This document shows, piece after piece, positions 1 to 11,504 of a stretch of 55,947 nucleotides of DNA; position 1 is the first letter of the stretch; each line of letters opens with the position of its first letter. The notes below the pieces were generated by a model. That model was not told the origin of the DNA. It searched no databases and was given only the letters and a program-made list of their open reading frames with translations. The DNA is from Prorocentrum cordatum (Eukaryota): contig CAUYUJ010000123.1 of the NCBI GenBank assembly GCA_963575745.1, positions 62,001-117,947 of the forward strand. The letters run 5' to 3'. The position numbers and the translations under genes were made by a program.

Positions 1-3000
1 GCTGCTCTCCCCGATGCTGCCCAGGAGATCGATGCTGTCGAACTGATCGGAGAGCGTGACGAAGTCCCACATCCGTCGTGCTCTGCCCTGTTGGACTCAT
101 CGGCCGCCTCCTGGCGTTGAATTCTGTCATGCATAACCTGAAGCCTGGCGGCGCTGCTAGGCCCCCTCCCCCCCTCGGGGGGATTCGGCGGGCGCTGCTG
201 CTGCCTGCACCTCGGCTCCAGGAGTTGCAGGAGGGGAGGGGGTTGCTGTGCCCCTTGTCTCGTCCCTCCTGCGGGCCACTCGGCCACGAAAACGGGCTAT
301 GCCTGACTCTCCAGAGTCTACCCGCTGACCCTTGTGGGCCTGGCTGATGTCTTCTCCTGGAAATGCGGGCACTGGACCGAACGCCTCTTCGAGGGCTGCA
401 GCTGCGGCGGCGGCTGAGGTGTGCTGGCGCGTCATGATGTCGATGCCCTCATACTGCCTCTCGATGCTGGCCCCTGCCGCCTCCGCGTTCTGCTGGGACG
501 CAGGGGGAGGGGTCAATACGAAGCTGTCGGCTCCCTCTCCACCACCGTGGCCGCGCTGCTCCTCATGCCCGAATGGAACTGTGGGCGTGAGTGACATCTC
601 GCTGAGTGGCGCTGGCGATGCTGGAATGAGGATTACCTGAGATGCTGTCGGGGTGGGAGGGTCTCCTTGCACTGCTGGTATCGAGCTAGCCCTTGACGTG
701 GATGCCAGGTCTGTGTCTGCCTCGTGCTGCGTGATCCCCCTCATCTCATCACCCTCATCGGGCGTGGGGTGATCCTGGCTCCAGGGCGGCCACCTGGCGG
801 GGTAGATCATCGGCGCGTGCTCCGAGCCGTCGTCCTCCGCTCGTGAGTCCTGCGTGCCCGCTGTGCCGAACTGGGTCAGGGGGGCCTCCTCGTAGTAGCG
901 CCTTTGGATCTCCTTCGCCTCGTGGTCCCTCACTACGGACTCCAGCTCCTCCTCCATCTGCACGGCTTCCCATTGTGCTTTCTCCTCAGCAGCTTGCCTG
1001 TGCAACTCATCTTGTTCGCGCTCGTATCTTTCTGCCTCCTCGTGCGGGTCTGGCCTGTCGGGGCTCCTGGACCTGTCGCGCTCTGTGAGGAGGGCCTCGC
1101 CTTCGTCGGTCTGGCGGGTTGCTGACCTGGCTGACTTTGATGCGGGCCTCCGAGGGGAGGGGCTGCTCTGCCTGCGGCCCCTGTTGGCTGGGCGCTCTTC
1201 AGCTGCGCCAATTTGGAAGGTCGCAACGGGGGGCTCGACTGTGGCGGCCGCTGCCTCGGCTGCTCCTCTGGCTTCCTCGTACAGGTCGGCGGCCTCCTGG
1301 TAGTCGTCCATGGACTCTTGGGACGTTGGGAGGTGGCCCCCTTGGACGAGATGATGAGCTGCCCTCTTGGTGAAGTCGTAGCCCTCCTGTCCGTATTGCC
1401 TCATCTCGGCGTACAGGTTGACCATGGCCTTGCGTTCGCGTTCCCTGCTGGCTGCGATGGCTTCCAGGCTCTGCATCCTCAGCTTTAGCTCCTCTGTCTC
1501 CGACGCGCCCTGCTGCTCCTTCTTTGCGATGGCGTCTAGCTCGGTGTGCAGCGTGCTGGAGCGCTGGAGGCTTTCTTGCAGCGCAAGGTGGATAGCCTCC
1601 TCCCTGCCCGTCCTCTGCTGGCTGGCGAAGTCTTCCATGGCGGAGGCCTCCTCCATGCTGGCGATCCTGAAGGTGAGGGCCTGGGCGAGCTCCTCCTCGA
1701 GCGCCTGCTCCTGCACCTCTGCGTTGGACTTTTGCTCGCTCAGCTGCACCGCGTAGCTGCTCAGTTCCTGTCGCAGGCTCTCTGTGTGCAGCTGCAAGTC
1801 ATGTGCGCTCGCCTCTTCTATCATGACTTGGCGGGTGAGACTCGCCCTTATTCCCTCAACGCTGCCTTCGAGCTCTGCCCGCATTGCCTCCTTGTCCTTC
1901 AGGCTGGCCTTCGCGATCTCCTCCTCCTCTGCTCTGGTCCTTAGCAGGGCGAACTGCAAAGCCTGCACCTCATGCGGGACTTGCCGCTCCTTGTTGGCGC
2001 TTCTCAGCTCCGCTGCTTCATGGTATGCCACCTGTGCTGCCCGCTGCGCAGCGCCCGCCTCAAGCTTGGAGTACTGCTGTAGCTCGTGTATGCGGGCTTC
2101 AGCTGCCTCGAGCTCGTTTTTGGTCTGCTTGAGCCGCTCCTGCTGCCGTGCTGCTGTCTGGACGATCCCTTGCAGCCTGGCCGCCTCTGCCGGCGGGAGG
2201 GCCCCTTTTCCCTTGGCGTTGGCAACCACTTGAGCCTGGGCGATTGCCTGGACCCTGGCTGATTCGGCGGCAGCTTCTATCTCGAGGGCGTGGTTCTTTT
2301 TGGCCTCCTGGAGCTTCTCTTCCATGACCAGCTCCTGCCTGGCGAGCTGCTGCTTGAGATTACCCGCTGCAGCTGTCGCTTGGGCGCTCTCATGCTGGGC
2401 CCGTCGCAGTGACTCTTGTGCCTCGGCTCTTGCCCTCATCAGGTCTTGGTAGGCGCCGTCCTGGGGTTGCGGCTTCTCCCGGTGCTCCGCTCGTACTTGC
2501 TCGAGCTGCTCATGCAGGTGATTTGCCCGGTGTGTCGCGGCTTCCGCCTCTGCCTTGGCATGAGTGAAGGCTGTGTCATGGCTGATTATTCTGGCCTCCA
2601 TCTGCGTCGCGAACTCGAGCTGCTCGTATTGTTGCCTCTTGATCTCATGTCGGAGGGCCTTGTGTTGCTGCTGTTGCTGCTGCTGGGCTGCGCTCTCCGC
2701 TGCGGTGATGCGCTGCAGCTGCTCTGACTCCTCCTTGAGTGCCAGCCTCAGTTTCGCCTGCTCGCCATTGTGGCGGAGTGCTTGTTCGCGAGCAACCCTC
2801 CTTACTTCCGCCAGTTCGGCAGTGAACTCTTGCTCGGCTTCGGCATGGCGCTGCTGCTGGCGGGCCCGCTCCGCATTTGCCTTGGCCACCTGATCTGCGA
2901 AGCCTCTGGTTGCGCTGCCTGCCGAGCTGGCTCTTGATCGTGGCGATTGCCCCACCACTCCTGATGGCCAAGCTGGGAGTCCGTCACCAGGTGCTTCGCT

Positions 3001-4205
3001 GTTCAGGCGCCTGTCAATCACAGCCTTGTGGAAAGCATCCCAGCTCGGTGCCAAGCCGAACCCGTCCGTGTCCCAGTCGCCCTCGTCGTCCGCCGCGCCG
3101 CCGTCGGCGAGCACAGCCCTCACGTCGGCGATGTTGGACTCGAGCTGCCTCAACTCCTGCTGCTTGGCCTTGAGGTCGTCCCGCAGCTCGTTCGACTTGG
3201 CTTCTAGGGCGATGACTTCGAGTTTGACGGCCTTGCGCCTCTTGCTGAGCACCTGCAGCTGGTCGTTCGGCCTTCTCGTGACCAGCTTCTGATACTTGAT
3301 GACCGCGATCTCCCGTAACTGCTCTTCAGTGCTGTCCCCCGCGGCCTGCTTGGCAATGATCAGGTCGCCCAGCTTCCTCAGCCTCTGATCGGCGGTGCTC
3401 AGGAACTTCTGGATGCCTGCGCGGTCGGCCGGGGGCGCCTGCCACTTTGGGTGGGTGGTGGCCTGGTCCAGCGTGCATGCCGCCACTGAGTCGATGACCT
3501 TTTGAGCACGCTGGTCCGCTTTGCTGGAGCTGGCCTGGCCACCCTTGCCCGCCCTGGGCTGCTGCTGCTGCTGCTGCCAGGGATGCTGACTGGGCTGCTG
3601 GTGCTGCTGCTGTGGCCATTGGCGAGGGCTGGCCTGGCCAGAGCGTCGTGGCCGCGACGGCTCCCTGCGCCAGGGCGGTTCCTCAGCAGCTGGCTCGGCG
3701 TGCCAGTGCTGTTCTCGCCAGCCAGCGCCGTGCCACCTCTCCTGACGCCATGGGGGCGCTGCTGGCGGTGCTTCTTCCTCTTGGGCCTGGCCTTTGCCGC
3801 TACGGCCACCACCGCCTCTGCCCTTACCATCACGAGCCATCGCTGGCTGGGCGGAGTGGTGGGCGGCCAGGCGCTCGGCCGCTGCCCGCAGGCGGAGCAG
3901 GAGCCTGTCCTGGGCTCTCTGCTGCCGCTCGCGGCGGTGGGCAGCGCCCTCTGGAGCTCCTCCTCGATGATGACGCGGCGTCCCGCCGCTTGGCCGCAGC
4001 GCGGCCGCGAGCGCCGCGGCCTGCGGCAGGGGACAGGGAGGCACGGGTGGCCCCCTGCCGCAGGGTATGGCGCGCGGCGCGCGTGAGCCCGGCCTCGGGG
4101 GCTGGCCGATGCGCGATGCGCCCTGCCACCGCGATCGATCGGGCGGCAGGCGCCGACCGACCCCGATGGATCGATCGGGATCGGCTGGCCCCAAGAGGCC
4201 AAATG
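1..4205 (-). mobile_element. Non-LTR retroelement A, 5' portion (continues beyond window start)
   Basis: ORF1 is homologous to that of LINE B. The base-paired leader at 4020-4200 abuts a (CCT)n tract. ORF2 is not visible in the window. Confidence 0.6.
157..3840 (-). CDS. ORF1 (gag-like, coiled-coil) protein of non-LTR element A; 1227 aa from the first ATG, probably N-terminally extended to ~3999
   Basis: Uninterrupted frame starting MARDGKGRGGGG with a long E/Q/A/K coiled coil. The block HPKWQAPPADRAGIQKF...EIAVIKY aligns by eye with ORF1 of elements B and C. The part of the ORF-track call above ~4200 is only (GGA)n read-through. Confidence 0.75.
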   Translation of the reverse strand: MARDGKGRGGGGRSGKGQAQEEEAPPAAPPWRQERWHGAGWREQHWHAEPAAEEPPWRREPSRPRRSGQASPRQWPQQQHQQPSQHPWQQQQQQPRAGKGGQASSSKADQRAQKVIDSVAACTLDQATTHPKWQAPPADRAGIQKFLSTADQRLRKLGDLIIAKQAAGDSTEEQLREIAVIKYQKLVTRRPNDQLQVLSKRRKAVKLEVIALEAKSNELRDDLKAKQQELRQLESNIADVRAVLADGGAADDEGDWDTDGFGLAPSWDAFHKAVIDRRLNSEAPGDGLPAWPSGVVGQSPRSRASSAGSATRGFADQVAKANAERARQQQRHAEAEQEFTAELAEVRRVAREQALRHNGEQAKLRLALKEESEQLQRITAAESAAQQQQQQQHKALRHEIKRQQYEQLEFATQMEARIISHDTAFTHAKAEAEAATHRANHLHEQLEQVRAEHREKPQPQDGAYQDLMRARAEAQESLRRAQHESAQATAAAGNLKQQLARQELVMEEKLQEAKKNHALEIEAAAESARVQAIAQAQVVANAKGKGALPPAEAARLQGIVQTAARQQERLKQTKNELEAAEARIHELQQYSKLEAGAAQRAAQVAYHEAAELRSANKERQVPHEVQALQFALLRTRAEEEEIAKASLKDKEAMRAELEGSVEGIRASLTRQVMIEEASAHDLQLHTESLRQELSSYAVQLSEQKSNAEVQEQALEEELAQALTFRIASMEEASAMEDFASQQRTGREEAIHLALQESLQRSSTLHTELDAIAKKEQQGASETEELKLRMQSLEAIAASRERERKAMVNLYAEMRQYGQEGYDFTKRAAHHLVQGGHLPTSQESMDDYQEAADLYEEARGAAEAAAATVEPPVATFQIGAAEERPANRGRRQSSPSPRRPASKSARSATRQTDEGEALLTERDRSRSPDRPDPHEEAERYEREQDELHRQAAEEKAQWEAVQMEEELESVVRDHEAKEIQRRYYEEAPLTQFGTAGTQDSRAEDDGSEHAPMIYPARWPPWSQDHPTPDEGDEMRGITQHEADTDLASTSRASSIPAVQGDPPTPTASQVILIPASPAPLSEMSLTPTVPFGHEEQRGHGGGEGADSFVLTPPPASQQNAEAAGASIERQYEGIDIMTRQHTSAAAAAAALEEAFGPVPAFPGEDISQAHKGQRVDSGESGIARFRGRVARRRDETRGTATPSPPATPGAEVQAAAAPAESPRGGEGA

Positions 4206-4208
4206 GCT

Positions 4209-4530
4209 TCCTCCTCCTCCTCCTCCTCCTCCTCCTCCTCCTCCTCCTCCCTCTCTTCCTCCCTCTCCTCCTCCTCCCTCTCCTCCTCCTCCTGCTTCCT
4301 TCCTCCTCCTCCTCCTCCTCCTCCTCCTCCTCCTCTCCTCCTCCTCCTCCTCCTCCTCCCTCCACCTCCTCCTCCTCCTCCTCCTCCTCCTGCTTCCTCC
4401 TCCTCCTCCTCGTCCTCCTTGTTCCTCCTCCTCCTCCTCCTCCTCCTCCTCCTCCTCCCTCTCCTCCTCCTCCTCCTCCTCCTCCTCCTCCTCCTCCTCC
4501 TCCTCCTCCTCCTCCACCTCCTTCCTACCT
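4209..4530. repeat. (CCT)n microsatellite
   Basis: Directly visible. Confidence 0.98.
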
Positions 4531-5475
4531 CCAGCTTGTGATGGCGGCGGTGGAAAACAGGCCCATCACCGCGGGATCGGCACCGCAGCGGGCTCGATGC
4601 GCGCGGACGGACGCACGAGGGATCGGCGCCCATGCCCCGCCTCGGGGAGCAAGAGCAGCAGGGCGAGGGCGACGGAACCCTGGGATGAGGAGTCCATCGG
4701 CGGCGAGCGAGGTGGGGGAGCGAGGGGGAGGCCCTCTCGGAAGGCTCGGAGGTGCCCCGGCCTTCTGAGAAGTCTTCTGGGCCTTCCCCGACGACACACA
4801 AAACGCTTCTCAGGAGGCGCGAGGGCTTCTGCGAAGTCCCGCCGCCCTCTGAGAAGGCCTTCTCCCTATCATCTCCCCACTGGCTCGCCGCCGACTCATA
4901 CTTGCAGATTACGCAGGAGAAATGAAATACACTCAAACAGAAACTCCAACATAGCCAAACAAAAACACGAAACGTAGTTTCCAGACCATGTTTGCGACCA
5001 TCCTCGAATATGCCTCCTGTAGAGAGGACGTGCCCGACTGAACCCAACGCGAGCTGCACACGACGACGGGGGGAGATGACGGCAGCCCCACGGTCTCCGG
5101 ACTCCCTCGCGGACCTCCGCATAGCACCTTTTCGTGGGCCCCTTTTTCCGTGGGCGAACAATGGCATCGGAGGCACAACTTGCACCACAACAAAAACCAC
5201 CCAATGGATGGTTTGAAATGGGATCGGTAAAAAGATCGAGAAGAAAATCGACCGGGAACCCTGGAACCCAGAACCCACCGAAATCGGCCCCGAACCAAGG
5301 GCTATAGCAACCCAGGAGCCCGGAACCGGGAAGCCGGGAACCCGGCCGGCCCCCAAAATCGGCGGGGCACTTTCGCCAAGGCTTTCCATTTCCGCCAGGA
5401 CCCCTTCAAGGCAAGCACTGCTTGGGAACAACGGCACAAACATAGGGAAACGAACAATGACATAAGCATCACAAC

Positions 5476-6215
5476 TCGGAGGTCCGCGCGGATTTCTCGG
5501 ATCGGCGCTGGGGCCCCCTGGCGGCGCCTCCAGAGCCGCCCCTGGCGCGCTCCGCGCGCCACGGAGGGGGGTCCAGCGCAGATCCAAGAAATCCGCGCGG
5601 ACCTCCGAATTTTTATGTTTGTGTCCTTTTCCGTTCCCCTAAAGCAGAACCTCTCGGAGGTCCGCGCGGATTTCCGCCAGGACCCCTTCAAGGCAAGCGC
5701 TGCTTTTTAAAGGGGCCCAGGGACACACAAAGAAGTACACACGAATACAAGGATTCCCCATATGTTTCCATCTGTTTTGGATGCTCGTCTTCCCCCCACT
5801 ATTTTCCCACATTTTTCTTGGGATCGACGATGAATTGTGTCTGTGTTTTTTTTGTCCCTCCTGAGTTTTGGGGAACAACGGCCCACACAGCACCTCTCGG
5901 AGGTCCGCGCGGACCTCCGAACTTTTATGTTTGTGTCCTTCTTCCTTCTTCGTTCCCCTTCTTTGTGTCCCTCCTGAGTTTGGGGGAACAGCGGCACAAA
6001 CAGAACCTCTCGCGGAGGTCCGCGCGGATTTCCTGGTTCGGGGGGGTGCAAATCATGACCGGCGGCATGTGCGCGGCCCAGCGGGGGGGCCAGGGACGGG
6101 GCCAGGGACGTGATGAAATATCATGGCCCCCTATATGATATCCCCCCCCCCTAGTCATCACCCCCCTCTTTTCCGCCCCCGAAAAGCAGAACCTCTCGCG
6201 GAGGTCCGCGCGGAC
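5476..6215. repeat. Cluster of foldback/dispersed repeats built on GGAGGTCCGCGCGGA(CCTCC)
   Basis: The motif recurs near 5478, 5590, 5656, 5899, 6013 and 6199. 5478-5606 has ~26-bp terminal inverted repeats, and a related foldback lies at 34060-34167. Confidence 0.8.
5710..5865 (+). repeat. Dispersed repeat (GGGACACAC...TCGACGAT..ATTGTGTCTGTG..CCTCCTGA)
   Basis: Diverged copies at ~11825-11990, ~34280-34440 and, partially, ~34585-34662. Confidence 0.8.
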
Positions 6216-6356
6216 TTCCCGGAGCGGCGCCGGACCCCCGTCCGTGGAGCGCGGAGCGGCGCGCCGGCGGCGCCGCCCCGTGGGGGGGCCCACTGCCGAG
6301 CCGAGGCGCATCCGCGCGGCGCTCCGAAGCATGGCGTGTGCAGTCAGCCAGTACAT

Positions 6357-6549
6357 CGGGGGCGGCAAAGAGGGGGGTGTCCAAGAGGGGGGGGTGCAAA
6401 TCATGACCGGCGGCATGTGCGCGGCCCAGCGGGGGGGCCAGGGACGCAATGAAGTAAGAAGAGGCGCCATGAAATCTGGGGAAATATCATGGCCCCCGCC
6501 ATGATATCCCCCCCCCCTAGTCATCACCCCCCTCTTTTCCGTCCCCGAG
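6357..6549. mobile_element. MITE-like element; partial second copy at ~6037-6182
   Basis: TIRs TCGGGGGCGGCAAAGAGGGGGGTG / CACCCCCCTCTTTTCCGTCCCCGA. The interior GTGCAAATCATGACCGGCGGCATGTGCGCGGCCCAGCGGGGGGGCCAGGGAC occurs twice. Confidence 0.65.
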
Positions 6550-6574
6550 TACAGTAAGGGTGCGCGATAAGGAT

Positions 6575-6767
6575 TCGGGCTGGACGACAGGGGGGGATTG
6601 AGCAAGGGGGGGTACGAAATTTGCTGCATGCAGCTGGTTTCGGAACCCATCGAGAGGCCCCTTCCTCGATACATAGGCGCCTCCGGCGCCGGGAGGCGCC
6701 GGGAAAATCAGCTACGTGAGCGGATTCTCAAACCCCCCTTTGCTATCCCCCCCTTTCGCCCGGCCCG
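6575..6767. mobile_element. MITE-like element
   Basis: Imperfect ~36-bp TIRs CGGGCTGGACGACAGGGGGGGATTGAGCAAGGGGGGG / CCCCCCTTTGCTATCCCCCCCTTTCGCCCGGCCCG. Confidence 0.6.
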
Positions 6768-7398
6768 AAGGATGCAAGGGCCTCGGACGCCAATTTCAAA
6801 TCTGCTCGAGCGGGGCGGGGCCAACGGAGCTGGCGACGGATGGACCGAGGAGGCAATGATGCAAGGGTACCCATGAGGGAAGGCTGCCCATCCTTACTCT
6901 GCGGGATGACCGTACGAGTGTTTGTGTTCTTCGAGGGATGTCGGGCGGGTGGTAGCTGAGCACGTTCTTAGGGTGGAGGGCTCGGGGTGAAATCCATATG
7001 GGCTTCTGCACCTCGAAAGTCAATCCGTCTTGTGATCCACTTCTTGCAGACTCAAGCCCCGAAAATCCATCGAAACTGCATTTCAGATTCCGCCCTTTGC
7101 CCCCCACCCAAGGATTTGGACGCCCGAAATGGGCACGGAAAAAATTGGCACAATGCCCAACAGCAAGTGTTGCCCCAAACCAACAGCGGCCGCTGTTGGG
7201 TCGGCAACCTTCTGTCTCAAGCGAACACAGGCCGCGGCGGCGCGGACATTTGTTTGTTGTTTCTTTTTGTTTTTTCTTTTTTTCCCCCCCCCCCCCCAAC
7301 CATCCTGTGGTGTTGGGTCCTCGTTTTGAAAAGACAGCGCCCCGCGTCCCTCACTCACTCCTCCTCCCCCTCCTCACTCCTCCCCCTCCGCGTCAGCC

Positions 7399-8998
7399 AC
7401 ACCCACTTCGGCACACCCCTCACACGTTTCGTGGCCCCATAGGGAGCTCCACCGAGGGCTCCAGTGGCTGCGTTCGCATGGCGGCACCGCGCCCATTTCG
7501 GCACACCCCTCACACGCTTCGTGGCCCCATAGGGAGCTCCACCGAGGGCCCCCGTGGCTGCGTTCGCATGGCGGCACCGCACCCATTTCGGCACACCCCT
7601 CACACGCTTCGTGGCCCCATAAGGAGCTCCACCGAAGGCCCCAGTGGCTGCGTTCACATAGCGGCACGGCACCAATTTCGGCACACCCCTCACACGTTTC
7701 GTGGCTCCACATAGCATTGCTCCACCGAATAGGGAGCTCCACCGAAGGCCCCAGTGGCTGCGTTCGTATGGCGGCACCGCACTCATTTCGGCACACCCCT
7801 CACACGTTTCGTGGCCCCATAGGGAGCTCCACCGAGGGCTCCAGTGGCTGCGTTCGCATGGCGGCACCGCACCAATTTCGGCACACCCCTCACACGTTTC
7901 GTGTCCCCATAGGGAGCTCCACCGAAGGCCCCAGTGGCTGCGTTCGCATGGCGGCACCGCAGTCATTTCGGCACACCCCTCACACGCTTCGTGGCCCCAT
8001 AGGGAGCTCCACCGAGGGCCCCAGTGGCTGCGTTCGCATGGCGGCACCGCACCCATTTCGGCACACCCCTCACACGCTTCGTGGCCCCATAGGGAGCTCC
8101 ACCGAGGGCCCCAGTGGCTGCGTTCGCATGGCGGCACCGCACCGGCACACGGCACACCCCTCACACGTTTCGTGGCCCCATAGGGAGCTCCACCGAGGGC
8201 CCCAGTGGCTGCGTTCGCATGGCGGCACCGCGCCCATTTCGGCACACCCCTCACACGTTTCGTGGCCCCTGAGGGAGCTCCACCGAGGGCCCCCGTGGCT
8301 GCGTTCGCATGGCGGCACCGCACCCATTTCGGCACACCCCTCACACGCTTCGTGGCCCCATAGGGAGCTCCACCGAGGGCTCCAGTGGCTGCGTTCGCAT
8401 GGCGGCACCGCGCCCATTTCGGCACACCCCTCACACGTTTCGTGGCCCCATGGGGAGCTTCACCGAGGGCCCCAGTGGCTGCGTTCGCATTGCGGCACCG
8501 CACCTGTTTCGGCACACCCCTCACACGTTTCGTGGCCCCATGGGGAGCTTCACCGAGGGCCCCAGTGGCTGCGTTCGCATTGCGGCACCGCACCTGTTTC
8601 GGCACACCCCTCACACGTTTCGTGGCCTCATAGGGAGCTCCACCGAAAGCTCCAATGGTTGCGTTCGCATGGCGGCACCGCACTCATTTCGGCACACCCC
8701 TCACACGTTTCTCGGCCCCATAGGGAGCTCCACCGAAGGCCCCAGTGGCTGCGTCCGCATGGCGGCACCGCGCCCATTTCGGCACACCCCTCACACGTTT
8801 CGTGGCCCCATAGGGAGCTCCACCGAAGGCCCCAGTGGCTGCGTTCGCATGGCGGCACGGCACCAATTTCGGCACACCCCTCACATGTTCCGTGGCCCCT
8901 GAGGGAGCTCCACCGAGGGCCCCAGTGGCTGCGTTCGCATGGCGGCACCGCACCCATTTCGGCACACCTCTCACACGTTTCGTGGCCGCTTAGGGAGT
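7399..8998. repeat. 90-bp tandem satellite, ~17-18 units
   Basis: Unit CGGCACACCCCTCACACGTTTCGTGGCCCCATAGGGAGCTCCACCGAGGGCCCCAGTGGCTGCGTTCGCATGGCGGCACCGCACCCATTT, head-to-tail with no spacers. One ~20-bp insertion near 7710 and a 1-bp phase shift near 8150. Confidence 0.97.
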
Positions 8999-9289
8999 TC
9001 CCTCTCATTCGTTCAACCTGCTTTGCGGTACTCGTAACTGGGTCCATCGCCCGGATATTTTTTGTATATATATATATATAAACATACATACATACATACA
9101 CATAAAAACGCAAAAATACCCTTTGCCCCCCCACCCAAAACCCATGCTCGGGGCAATGATGATGATGGGGTGACCGACGTGGGCGGCGAAGAACACAAGA
9201 GCTCTTTCGGGCCGCTCTTGGGAGCCAGCAGGGGCCCAGAAGGGGGCCCCGAAGGGCCCCTTGAGGCCCCTGTTCTCCACCCACCCTAT

Positions 9290-9406
9290 TGAGGAGGAGG
9301 AGGAGGAGGAGGAGGAGGAGGAGGAGGAGGAGGAGGAGGAGGAGCAAGAGATTGAGAGGAGGAGGAGGAGGAGGAGGAGGAGGAGAGAGGGAGGAGGAGG
9401 AGGAGG
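9290..9406. repeat. (GGA)n microsatellite
   Basis: Directly visible. Confidence 0.97.
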
Positions 9407-9849
9407 ACGAAAGTACCCCCCCAACCCCACATTACCACCCGGCCGAAAGAGCACCCCCCGCGCGCCTTCTCTTCCTGCTGCCTCCGTTCCAGCGCCGCGA
9501 GCTTCCTCTTCGCCCTGGTGCGGCGCCACAGCAGCTGGACCCTGCCCCGCGCCCCCAAACCTCCTCCACCCCCTTTCCTAAGAAGTAACTCCTCCTGCCA
9601 CTCCCCCTTCTCCTTCTCTTGATAATGCTCCTCCTTCTCCTCCTCCTCTTCCTCCTCCTTCTCTTTCTCTTGTGTTTCCCGTTCCCCTCCACTTCGCGTC
9701 CTCGTGTTCGTCCTCCCCTCCACGCTGCCACCCTCCAACTCCGCCTCTTCTCCGTATGACGAGCTCCTCCCTGCCGCACCCCCGAATGGGTCGGTAGGGC
9801 GGGCGGGGCGTTTCGCCTGAGACTCCCTCACCACTCATTACCCTCAATC

Positions 9850-10180
9850 TTGGAATTTGCAACTGTTTCAGAGATGGAGGGCGGCTCATGTTCAAGATGT
9901 GGTTCTCGCCAAAGCGCCGTGCCTATTCGTCTTAAAAGTTCAGAGCAGCTCCAAGGAATCAGGGACTGTATGGTGCTCTTGAATGACTCAGGCATGATTA
10001 AGGGATGTCCGGAGGCAAAAACCACATTTATTCGCGGTGTGAAGTTCCACGACTGGCAGATTTAGGATTGTCAGGACGCACCAGTCACGTTGATCCGCGG
10101 CATTGCAGTTTCAGCGATTCTGTTCTGGCATAATTTACGATTCTCAAACGGTTGTCTTCCAATTGGACACTTCCCGCAAT
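9850..10180 (-). repeat. Dispersed repeat, inverted homolog of ~15010-15330(+)
   Basis: Both contain GTCCA(A/G)TTGGAAGACAACCGTTTGAGAATC...ACTGCAA(T/C)GCCGCG and a downstream AACCACAT(C/T)TTGAA...CCGCCCTCCATC. Confidence 0.7.
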
Positions 10181-10480
10181 GAACGCACTTTCTTGTAGGG
10201 ACCTGTGAAAGAGGGAACTTGGAGGAAGGCTTTGTTGCAGCATCGTTGATGCTTCTTGGGCTTACACTGGTCCTCTTCCTCCTGCTCCCTTCTCCTTCCT
10301 GCCTCCTCCTCCCTCCTCTCTCCTCCATCCTCTCTCCTTCTTCCTCCCTCCTCACCAATCTCGTCCAGACGTTATCAGCAACGCTGAGATGCTGAGAAGA
10401 GTGCGAGCACGGATGCTTGTCCATGGCACTGCTCATCAGCATCCTCCTCACCCTCTTACTCTGGAGTCCACGCGTCCGCC

Positions 10481-10760
10481 GTCCTCCTCCTCCTCCTCCT
10501 CCTCCTCCTCCTCCTCCTCCTCCTCCTCCTCCCCCCTTCCGCTCTTCTCCCTCCCGAAGAACTTCCTCTTCCTACTCCTTCTCCCTTCCTCCCTTCCTCC
10601 TCCCCCGCTTCCCCTCCCTCGTCCTCCCTCATCTGCGCCTGCCCCCCCCCCTTCCTCCTGCTCCTCCCCCCTTTCTCCTACTGCCCCTCCTGCGTAGAAT
10701 CTGGCCTTTCCTCCTCCTCCTCCTCCTCCTCCTCCTCCTCCTCCTCCTCGTCCACCTCCG
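10481..10760. repeat. (CCT)n-rich pyrimidine tract
   Basis: Directly visible. Confidence 0.9.
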
Positions 10761-11504
10761 CCTCCTTTCACGACATCGCGAGCTTCCACGAAGCGAAATC
10801 TTGTGGTTGGCTCTCCTTCTATCTGGCCGCTGGCCCAAGAAGAAGAGGGGGGCACACCCTCACCACCTGGGACAGCCATACAGTCGGGGCGTTGACCTAA
10901 GGAACCCTAAATAAAAAACGGGCCCCCTTTTCCCATAAGCTAAACTTCGATTTCCCATGGAAAACCTCAGGAAAACCTCAGGCAAACTGCACCAACAATC
11001 AAGGAACACCGAGCCCCTCCCCAACGAGAAGGGTTCCTTCTTCAGCGCCCCGACTGTAGGCCAGTGAACACTCCGTGGTCTGAGCAGGACTTCGAGCCGC
11101 GACCAGGCAGCCTGCGGAGACATCAGGGGCAGTTTGGACCGGTCTTGAGGGGCAACGGTGGGGGATGGGGGGGGGCCAGCTCGAGGGGGGAGATGAGGAT
11201 CATCGACCTGGAAGCGGCGATACATCGCCGATAGATCGGCGAGAGGTCGATAGGTCTCGAAAGCGAATCCGCACGCTCCTGGGCGGGTTGGGCATATCGG
11301 GCCCCTATGGGCAATGAATGGTCGATTGGCGTCGATGCGTTCCCCCCTGAGTTCAATCCCCTGACGTTGTCCCTGACCCCAACAGGGCAGGGCTGCTTAG
11401 CAAACGCCCAAGACCGTGTAGTAAACGCCGATTGTCCGCTCGGGGTGGTTATTTTCCTCCCTTGAGGTAGGGTAGATCGCTCGCTATCGGCCGACGGAGG
11501 GCGA

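Noticed and set aside
1..135. Start of ORF2 of element A (two ATG-initiated open frames running off the window)
   Set aside because: About 44 codons with no recognisable motif, so it cannot be assigned.
4190..4210. Dinoflagellate spliced-leader relic (AGCCATTTGGCCTC on the minus strand; also GCCATTTTGG at ~31873 and ~33343)
   Set aside because: Only 8-10 nt match CCGTAGCCATTTTGGCTCAAG, which is too weak to call.
7399..8998. CRISPR array
   Set aside because: Units are contiguous with no unique spacers, there are no cas genes, and the context is eukaryotic.
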